A stretch of 62,912 bases of DNA, filler included, from Octopus bimaculoides (taxonomy: Eukaryota): the NCBI RefSeq assembly GCF_001194135.2. It is 8 parts of 5 records of this genome, joined end to end, with 100 filler letters (N's around TTAATTAATTAA, not from the genome) between each part and the next. Parts side by side here need not be neighbours in the genome. Positions count along the whole stretch, not along the records: positions 50,127 to 59,606 come from NC_069007.1; positions 59,707 to 62,912 come from NC_068989.1; 6 more parts are not named here. The stretch is one strand, 5' to 3'. A model generated the notes under the pieces. The model was not told where the DNA came from. It did no database searches and saw only the letters and a program-made list of their open reading frames with translations. Shown here piece by piece: positions 53,340-62,912 of the stretch. The translations under genes and the position numbers were made by a program. How positions within the stretch are numbered: position 1 is the stretch's first letter; each line of letters opens with the position of its first letter.

Positions 53340-54480
53340 GACTGGGACAACACACACACACACACACACACTCTCTCTCTCTTTTTCATACTCAGTAACA
53401 GATACACACATAATCATATACTCAGCTACACACACACGCATATATACACACATACACATACTCGCAAATACGCACACACATAGATTCTCTCTCTCATACT
53501 CAGTAACAGATGCACACATAACCATATACTCAACTATACACACACACACACGCATATATACACACATACACATATTCGCAAATACGCACACACATAGACA
53601 AACACACACGCATATATATATATATATACACGTGCGCGTACGCACTCATGCTCAGTAATAGATGTACACATAATTAAATATGCAGTTTTACACATACAAA
53701 TACATACACATCCCCCCCACACACATACTATCTCTATGCTGTCTTATTGTTCAAGCACATTACGCACGCACGCACACACACACACACACACACTACATTC
53801 ACACACGCCCCATACACACATACATTGTCTGTGCTCAGAACCATACAACATACACACATATACAAATACCTACCTACATATATATACACACAGATATTTA
53901 CATACAGATATACAGATATACAATTTTCTCTTTCCTTTCGTCTTGTCACACACACAGACACACACACACACATTGCGCTTACACACTAAAAGCATACGCA
54001 CACACTCGATCTCTTGTAATGCTCACACACACGCATACACATATGCATACTTTAACACACACACACACATATTATCGTACTTTATTCACTTTCTTTCGCC
54101 ATTCATACTTATTCCTCTTTACACACATGCTTGTACTCATATATATATATACACACGCATAAACGCACACACACACACACACACACAAATCCTTACTCAC
54201 ACACACATTAACAGACACATACATACAGAAGCATTCTCTCTCGNNNNNNNNNNATTCTCTCTCGCTCACACACACACACACACAAATCCGTACTCACACA
54301 CACATTAACAGACACATACATACAGAAGCATTTTCTCTCGCTCACACACACACACACACAAATCCGTACTCACACACACATTAACAGACATACATACAGA
54401 AGCATTCTCTCTCTCTCACACACACACATACACGCGCATACATAGTCATGCAAATCTTACACACACACACACACACGCAG
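53340..54480. repeat. CA-rich compound repeat with higher-order units (about 120 bp and about 57 bp)
   Basis: catactcagtaacagat.cacacataa occurs twice; aaatccgtactcacacacacattaacagac..atacagaagcatt occurs three times. Confidence 0.8.
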
Positions 54481-55544
54481 AGACACACACACACACACAC
54501 ATTAAGAGACGTACACAATCCTGAGACCTTAACAAAGCAGGTCATGTGGACATCCTTTGAAGAGAGGGGCAGAAAGGGAGGAGGAAGAAAGACAGTGTAT
54601 TAGAGGGAAAGAGAAGAGTAGTAGGCTGAGGAGAGACAATGTACCGGAGAAAGAAATGGGAGGAGGAGAATGTAGTAGGATAATGAGGAAAGGAATAAAA
54701 GAATAAGATTTACAGAATTATAGATGTATGGATTGAGAGAATAAATGAATAAGAAATGAAGGAATGCGACAAACGAAGACAAGGAGAAAAAAAAAAACGT
54801 TCGGAGAGAAAAAAATATGGAAGAACAAAGACAGGAAGATATGAAGAAATGAGACAATGTTCAGACTGGAAGAATGAAAGACGAAATTAGTGCAGAATGA
54901 AGGAATAAGACAACAAAGGAATGTAAGAATGAAAGAACGTTCAGAATGCGTTCAAAATGAGAGACGCTGGGATGAGAGAGAGAGTAGCGGATGTAGAGCT
55001 ACGTCTTTCTCCTCCCTCTCACTCTCTCTCTTTGATTTTCCCCCTCTCTTTCAAATGTTTTTTTTTACCTCCCCTTCCTCTTAGAACTCCCCTCTTTGTT
55101 CCCTAGCTCACCTCTTTCTCACTTTCTCTCCTCTCACCGCGCCTTTCTATGTTGACAACTTCCTCTCATTTCTTTTCATCTTTCCTCCTCGTCCTTTTTC
55201 CCTTCGCCTCTTCCTTCTCCTCCAATTCATCCCCCCTCTCATTGCTTCTATCCCCTTCCTCCTCATTTTATTCTTCTTCATTGTCGTCTGCTACGTCCCC
55301 CCCCACCACCACCACCCACATTCACAATATGTGAACATGACCTACATAGATCTAAGCACATAGAAGTGTAAGCACGCATATCTGTCATTTGTTCTGTCGG
55401 ATCCTTTTGACAAACCGCTAAGTCGCAGGGATGTCATCAAACCAACATCGTTTGTCAAGCTGTGCTGGGTACAAAGACACACATACATACAAGCATACCT
55501 ACATACATAGATAAATATGTAGATGTATATATGTATATATACTT

Positions 55545-55900
55545 TAGTTATTTGACTGCGGCCATGCTGGAGCACCACCTTTATTCGAACAAATCGACCC
55601 CAGGACTTTTCTTTGTAAGCCTAGTACTTATTCTATCCCCACTAAGTTAAGGGGGATGTAAACACACCACCAACGGTTGTCAAGCGATGGTGGGGGGACA
55701 AACACAGACACACACACACATACATATATATATACATATATAGACGGGCTTCTTTCAGTTTCCGTCTACCAAATCCACTCACAAGGCTTTAGTCAGCCAG
55801 AGGCTATAGTAGAAAACACTTGCCCGAGGTGCCATACAGTGGGACTGAACCTGGAACCATGTGGTTGGGAAGCAAGCTTCTTATCACAACCACTCTTGCA
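55545..55900 (-). mobile_element. SINE family B
   Basis: Reverse complement of both arms with an internal (CA)n(TA)n. Confidence 0.85.
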
Positions 55901-57448
55901 GCTATATATATATAGTGGTTGGCGTTAGGAAGGGCATCCAGCTGTAGAAACTCTGCCAAATCAGACTGGAGCCTGGTGTTGCCATCCGGTTTCACCAGTC
56001 CTCAGTCAAATCGTCCAACCCATGCTAGCACGGAAAGCGGACGTTATTCGATGATGATGATGATGATGATGATGATGATATGTATATATATATATATATA
56101 TGGAGATATATATATATATCCTCATCATTTAGCGTCTGCTTTCCATGCTGGCATGGGTTGGACAATTTGACTGGAATTGGTAAGCCAAAGAGCTGCATCA
56201 GGTTCCAATTTGATTGGGCAGCGTTTCTAAGGCTTGATGCCCTTCCTAACACCAACATATATATATAAGATTTTGACTTCAATCTGGTACCAGACAAAGA
56301 TTCTGGATTATTTTCCCTGTTTTTTTGCTTAATTTTTGAGAGCGATCGGGTTTCATTTTTAGTATTCTCGTTTGTGAGAGCAATCAAGTTTATTTCAGAT
56401 ATTCTCATTTTAAAAATCATCTCTGGATATTCGTTGAGAGGACGTTGGTGTTGCCTTGGCAGAGGTTTGCGCTCTCTGAGTGCTCTTGTTATTATTATTA
56501 TTATTATGAGGTGTATGAGAAACTGAACAACTGTAGTCAAAGACTCAAAAAAGCCATTCACCTTCCCCACCCATCCTGCGAAACACCTTGCGTCAGTCAG
56601 GTGTCTTTGTGTCACCTTCTCACGGAATGGTGGACTTCATTCATTCATTCATACATACATATATACATACATACATGCATATATATATATATATATATAN
56701 NNNNNNNNNNNNNNNNNNNNNNNNNNNNNNNNNNNNNNNNNNNNNNNNNNNNNNNNNNNNNNNNNNNNNNNNNNNNNNNNNNNNNNNNNNNNNNNNNNNN
56801 NNNNNNNNNNNNNNNNNNNNNNNNNNNNNNNNNNNNNNNNNNNNNNNNNNNNNNNNNNNNNNNNNNNNNNNNNNNNNNNNNNNNNNNNNNNNNNNNNNNN
56901 NNNNNNNNNNNNNNNNNNNNNNNNNNNNNNNNNNNNNNNNNNNNNNNNNNNNNNNNNNNNNNNNNNNNNNNNNNNNNNNNNNNNNNNNNNNNNNNNNNNN
57001 NNNNNNNNNNNNNNNNNNNNNNNNNNNNNNNNNNNNNNNNNNNNNNNNNNNNNNNNNNNNNNNNNNNNNNNNNNNNNNNNNNNNNNNNNNNNNNNNNNNN
57101 NNNNNNNNNNNNNNNNNNNNNNNNNNNNNNNNNNNNNNNNNNNNNNNNNNNNNNNNNNNNNNNNNNNNNNNNNNNNNNNNNNNNNNNNNNNNNNNNCTCT
57201 CACACAACACTCACTCAAAACACGTTGGTCACTCTTATCTCATCGTTCTTCTTTTAAATCTGCCTCAAATGGTGATCCATAATGGTGACCACAGACAACC
57301 AGGCAATGCAGACCATCGGATGGGACCCCTGTCTTCCACATCAACTCCTCAAAGGGGGGCCCTGAAGCGATACCTGGTGCTTGCTTGTCTCACCCTTCAA
57401 TATGTCCTCGTTCACACACATGCCACCACACAGCACAATCACAACAGC

Positions 57449-57488
<40 letters not shown>

Positions 57489-58124
57489 GTAAGTAAATCA
57501 AAAATGAGCAAAACTCTGTCAGTCTCTTTGAAGACCTGTCTACATGTCTGTCTGCCTGTCTGTCTGTTTGCCTGTCTGTCTGTCTGTTTGACTGTCTGTC
57601 TGTCTGTTTGACTGTCTGTCTGTCTCTTACACTTTTACTGCTTTCAGCCATTGGAATCTGGCCCTCCTGGGGCACCTTGTACAAGTGTTCAAGTCAGCTT
57701 TATTGTTCTTTGGACATATTTCTGTTTGACATTTTATTTTATTAATCCCCATTTGTTGGACTTCAAATTCACATATGTATATCAATAACCACTTGGCCAT
57801 GCATAAGGACACTTGACCTAGTGGTTAGGGTGTGGCACTCACGATCACTAGATCGTAATTTCAATCCCTTGACCGGGTGGTGTCATGTGTTCTTGAACAA
57901 AATGCTTCATCTCACATTGCTCGGCAATCATTTTGACACTTGTCACATGGTACTCCATACATATCTGTTCAGGTAACATCGATTTGATGGAGGGAGGGAG
58001 TTAATGTGCAGCACGAACATTTGATTGTTATAAACCAATCATTTGTGCAGGTCATTCGGCACAGTCTGAATGCCTGGATGTCGTCATTGACGGGAGAGTC
58101 CGTCAAATTCTTTTATTCTTTTAC

Positions 58125-58345
58125 AGGACTTGTTCTTTGTAAACCTAATGCTTATTCTATCGGTCTCTCTTGCCGAACCGCTAAGTTACAGGGATGTAAA
58201 CACACCAACATCCGTTGTCAAGTGATGGTGGGGGGATAAACACAGACACACAAACATATACACACACACACACATATACGACGGGCTTCTTCACGGAACC
58301 ATATGGTTGGGGAGCAAGCTTCTTACCACACAGCCACTCCTGCGT
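58125..58345 (-). mobile_element. Internally deleted SINE family B
   Basis: Reverse-complement right arm joined to the head. Confidence 0.75.
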
Positions 58346-58676
58346 TTGCTCGAAATGTGGAGTAGATGAACAGCCGACATCTGATGAAGGGTCGTTCTTT
58401 ATGTTACTTGTCTTGTTTTCCATTTGTTTCTCTTGTTGTTCGCATACCCAAGTTTGCCTTCATATTTCATGTTGTTTTCCTATTTCGTAATTCATGTTGT
58501 TTACGTTTTGTGGTGTCCTTGTTGAAAATGAGTAACCCTGCAACAGACCAGCATCCCATCCAGGTGGGGAATTTACATCTACGCCATGGGAACCATGAAA
58601 CCAGCCCTTACGAGCCAGCATAACTCAAGAAGGTAACCTTAACCTTTAATAAACTCATTTATTTGTGTTGTTGCAG

Positions 58677-58827
58677 TTTTTGCTGACCGCCATAAGTTGG
58701 GGAGTAATCCTGCAAAGAAATGCCAGTTCCCACATATTGTCCTTCTTCGCATCCATGGCCGTGTGGTTGTCCAGTGTGCAGGGAGCTTGATTGATAGCAG
58801 ACATGTCATCACTGCAGCTCACTGTCT
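58677..58827 (+). CDS. Trypsin-like serine protease (peptidase S1), internal exon with the catalytic His motif
   Basis: Acceptor ttgtgttgttgcag and donor gtaagt. Phase 1 to phase 2. Translation FADRHKLGSNPAKKCQFPHIVLLRIHGRVVVQCAGSLIDSRHVITAAHC contains the S1 hallmarks FP-x-x-V-x-L, CAGSLI and TAAHC. Confidence 0.93.
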
Positions 58828-59163
58828 GTAAGTCATTACACTTTATTCAAATAAGAATAGATACTTTTCTACCTTAACCCCGCCACATCTCTCTCTCTCT
58901 CTCTGTCTCCTTCAATTTTCTGCATTGTTGTCATCATCATCACCACCACCACCAACAACAACAACGCCACCCCCATCATCATCATGATCATCACCATCAT
59001 CATCATCATCAGCAAATGTCCGTTTTCCATGCTGGCATGGGTTGGCCTGCCAGAGAACCACACCAACTTCCATTGTCTGCGTCATCGGCAGAGTTCCTAT
59101 GACTGAATCCTTCTTCCTGACGAGAAACGGTAATATGATCTCACTTTTTTGGTTTTTCCACAG

Positions 59164-59288
59164 AAATCATGGGCCGAGGAAAATTTCGGCATATTTCGGT
59201 TCCGTCAACACAACCCAGATGCCAATTAAGATTTCCGTAGAGAATTACACGATGCACGAAGATTTTGTTCGAAGAAGAAAGTATCTCT
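59164..59288 (+). CDS. Next exon of the same S1 protease (segment between His57 and Asp102)
   Basis: Acceptor ttttggtttttccacag and donor gtgagt. Phase 2 start fits the previous exon (ct+a = Leu). Translation NHGPRKISAYFGSVNTTQMPIKISVENYTMHEDFVRRRKYL aligns to the V-x-LG...V-x-x-I-x-x-H-P-x-Y segment and ends just before the expected DIA motif. Confidence 0.88.
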
Positions 59289-59487
59289 GTGAGTATTTAA
59301 CAGATACACATCATCATCGTCATTCTCACCACCACCACCACCACCGCTACCATTGTCGTCGTCGTCACCATTTAACACCTGGGAGAGAGAGAGAGAGGAG
59401 GGGGAGAGAGTGATATATATATATAGATAAATAGATAGATGGATGGATGGATGGATGGATAAATAGACAGACAGACAGACAGACAGT

Positions 59488-59519
<32 letters not shown>

Positions 59520-59544
59520 TAGATAGATAGATAGGCAGATAGAC

Positions 59545-59587
<43 letters not shown>

Positions 59588-59959
59588 TAGATAGATAGGT
59601 AGATTTNNNNNNNNNNNNNNNNNNNNNNNNNNNNNNNNNNNNNNNNNNNNTTAATTAATTAANNNNNNNNNNNNNNNNNNNNNNNNNNNNNNNNNNNNNN
59701 NNNNNNTATATATTAAAAACGTAAAAGTAAAAACAGAACACAAAGGATTCCGCGGTACACGTGTTTCAAGCTTTATAGTCGTTGCATCATTATATTGGTA
59801 TATAATTGATAGACAGGATGGTATAAAGCTATCTTCAGTCGCAAATATATTCTTTCCCAAGTATTATATCATAAAGAACAAGTCACCAAGAAAAAAGTAA
59901 AAGAGGGAGAAACATGAGAGATAAAAAGTGAGAGTCCACTTGGTATTGTCGCACGCTGT

Positions 59960-60310
59960 GTGTGTATGACTTACACCGATTTATAGTGGTGAACAATAGT
60001 AAACATCGACGACAGGACTGCAATCCTCCGCTAAAATCACTGCTTTTTCGAAGGAAGTCCCATGTGATGTTTGCTTTGCAACAATTTGCAGAAAATCTCT
60101 TGTCGCGTTCACCATTTCAATTGCAGTGCGCTATTGACCGCCCCAATACATTATTCCTAAATCAAAACGACGTTATTCTTCACCAATTAGGCTATAAATT
60201 AAATAAATATAATAAGTGAAAGGAAACAATTACGTTAAATAATATTTTTCGGCATAATGGAAATCTGTGTATCCACGATATTCCGTTTGCACGGTAGAAG
60301 AAAAAATGGA
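59960..60310 (-). mobile_element. Probable Helitron PIF1-helicase remnant
   Basis: Frameshifted LLP.KR...ISIMP...LI.E...IEMVNATRDFLQ...SFEKAVILAED.SPVV resembles Helitron LLP.GRT/WDE..M/EA.DR.LRD/PFGGK.V.L.GDFRQ.LPVV. Confidence 0.45.
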
Positions 60311-60599
60311 GATGATTATATGTAAAACAAAGAAAACTGCGAGAAATTGTGTGTATACCTTCGAGAAAGATTTTCTTTATACTTTCATACTTTCTTGAAT
60401 AATCAATATATCAATGACGATAAAACTCTGGAGAGCTCAGCCGAAATAGATGTCTTACGGTTTTTCTTATTATTTCTATTATCTCCATTACTCCATATGC
60501 CGAGTCCGGCGTCGTCATTACCTCATATCCCAGCGGCTATCGATAAAATAAGTAGCAATTAAGTACAGGTCTCCTTGTGCCTCGTCCACAGAACATCAA

Positions 60600-60618
60600 T
60601 ATAATGATGATGATGGAA

Positions 60619-60665
<47 letters not shown>

Positions 60666-60989
60666 AATGATGATGATAACAATTATGATGATGATGATGA
60701 TGCTGATGAAGAAAATAATGAGTTTTGTTATGATATTGATGAGGATGATAATAGCAATAAAGGTGATGGCTACGATGATGATGATGACACGGTGATGACG
60801 ATGATGATGATCTGGACAGAAGAAAGAGGAGGGAGATGGGGGTGGGGTATGATTGTGATGAAGATGATGGCAATGAAGATAATGGAAATGCTGACGATCA
60901 GGTGAGAACGAAGAGAAAGAAGGAGCGAAGGAGGAGGTGGATTATGATGATGGTGAGGATGAGGAAAATGAAGATGACAGAGATGATAT

Positions 60990-61020
<31 letters not shown>

Positions 61021-61100
61021 CACCACCATCATCATCATCATCTTCATAAAGAAGAGGAAAAGTTTGGTTATGATGGTGACAAGGTGGGCGATGATGGTAA
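60600..61100. repeat. Degenerate (ATG/GAT)n low-complexity tract
   Basis: Poly-Met or poly-Asp reads in shifting frames, with stops. Confidence 0.85.
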
Positions 61101-61431
61101 CGGACATCAATACACGTAGACAGCCTGCACGATTGATGAGAAATGACCTATACACCAACGTCTCCAACTAGCACCGTATCGAGCAATGGATGCTGCCCAT
61201 TCGTATACAACTGTAGTGAATTCTGGTGGTGGCCACAGCAGATATGGGTAAGGTGGAATCGGTCAGAACGCAATATGTTGCGGCACATCCCTAATTATTT
61301 TAGTGTTCAGTGTATAGGACCAATGTCACTATTTACGTTGTCGCTGTTTCTGTGAACCTGATCCAAGTTGGTGGAGTTGTGGTTTTAAGATGTAAAAGTA
61401 GTTATCCGGTCGATGTGTTGTAAATAGACAT

Positions 61432-61591
61432 AGGCGCAGACGTGGCTGTGTGGTAAGAATCTTGCTTCTCAGCAACATGGTTCCGGGTTCAGTCCCACTG
61501 TATGACACCTTGGGCAAGTGTCTTCTATAGCCTCGAGCCGACCAAAGCCTTGTGAGTAGATTTGGTAGATGGAAAGTGAGAGATGCCCATC

Positions 61592-61645
<54 letters not shown>

Positions 61646-61935
61646 TTGTGTGTGTGTATGTGTGTGTGTGCGAGTGTGTGTGTGTGCGTGTGAGTGTGTG
61701 AGTGTGTGTGTGTTTGTGGATTTATTCGCACCTCCGCCGCCACCACTTGACAACCGGTGCTAGTGTGTTTACATCCCCGTAGCTTAGTAGTTCGGCAAAA
61801 GATGTCGACAGAATAAGTATCCGGCTTATAAAAATAAGTACTGGGGTTGACATTTTCGACTAAAAATTCTTCAAGGCGGCACCTCAGCATAGCCGCAGTC
61901 TAATGACTGAAACAAGTAAAAGATAAAAAGATAAA
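61432..61935 (+). mobile_element. SINE family B with an expanded internal microsatellite
   Basis: Left arm, about 130 bp of (TA)n(TG)n, then right arm. Confidence 0.88.
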
Positions 61936-62868
61936 AACAAGGTGATTGGAGATAATGTTTCATGTAATAACAGGGTGTGTGAAAATTAGGGACGGCTGCA
62001 GCGTTTACACTGCGCTCATCACATGTCCAAGATGGTCTTTCGATTTGAGCAGTTTTGAGTCATTCTATACATGATTTGTAAGTGTGGTGTGTGAACAACC
62101 TTAGTTCGCTTTCGCTTTTATTAACTTTGCTATTTCGTATGTAACTGGGGTTGTATTTTGTGTTGTGGCCCGTCTTTTGCCAGCATCTATAATTATTTTG
62201 TTGAATATTATGTACTGCAATGTCTACATTTGTGATTATGGTATTGTAGAATATACTGCATTGTACTGTCTATGTAGACGATTGTAATGTTGAATATATT
62301 GTACTGTTCTGCTATGTTGGTCATTTTGGATTGCAGTGTTATTGAAGTTTGAAAACTGTGATGCAGTTCCTTGTTGCACTGATGCTTTTTTTTTAAGTGT
62401 ATAAAAATATCTGTATTTTCTTTTGTGTGATGTGACAGTGCTTTGTGATGGTAAAATTGTTTGCCATATAAGAATGGCGGCTTTCTGAAGAACGTAACAT
62501 CTAAGAAAAAACTTGCTGTAGCATGATGTAGTATGATTGGAGAGGCAGGTGTGTATATTGGTGTAGATTGCTAGATTGCACAGGATGTAACGGGATTCTA
62601 TTTGTGAAGTTATGGTGTTGCTATCTTCGTTACCTCTTCCATTTAAAGATCATGAAATTCTTCGCGTATTGATGTCTCCGTCAATGATGGTATTGGTGAG
62701 AATGTTAAAGTGATGTAGTGCGGATGTGTAGGTGATCCCAATGTTGATGTTACTACTGATGATGTTGATGTTGAAAAACCGTGACCTTCCGCGTTACACA
62801 AAAGCTTTAGCGAGATATCCAGAGCAGCAATGTTACTAAAACATACTCATGTTTATAAGTATGTATAT

Positions 62869-62912
<44 letters not shown>

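Noticed and set aside
60577-61171. Asp/His-rich or Met-rich ORFs suggesting a biomineralisation or metal-binding protein
   Set aside because: Degenerate (GAT)n tract with frame switches and stops, and no convincing splice sites.
61940-62850. GT-rich segment, possibly a PLE N-terminal region on the minus strand
   Set aside because: Compositional resemblance only; no diagnostic motif I could confirm.

Overview
AT-rich, microsatellite-saturated metazoan genomic DNA with many N gaps. The SINE families and the repeat landscape point to an octopus (coleoid cephalopod) draft assembly; this is inference from pattern recognition, not a database hit. Almost all ORFs in the supplied track are artefacts of microsatellites or N runs. 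The only host coding sequence I can support is two + strand exons of a trypsin-like (peptidase S1) gene at 58677-58827 and 59164-59288, with matching splice phases and a non-canonical activation motif; its Asp and Ser exons are not visible. The rest is transposon debris: two tRNA-derived SINE families in many copies, Tx1-type and R4/Dong-type LINEs, Penelope-like fragments, two mariners, a hAT (Buster/Charlie) transposase, MITEs and a probable Helitron helicase remnant. The most interesting observations are: (1) a type I hammerhead ribozyme with a complete core and an unusually long rod-like stem II (minus strand, 13107-13235); (2) a Tx1 LINE whose four visible junctions all lie at (GATA)n; (3) a SINE subfamily that shares the 3' tail of that LINE; (4) an element found only inside (TAA)n arrays; and (5) several long fold-back structures. 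Seven 100-bp N44-TTAATTAATTAA-N44 linkers are assembly joins, so order and orientation across them are uncertain.
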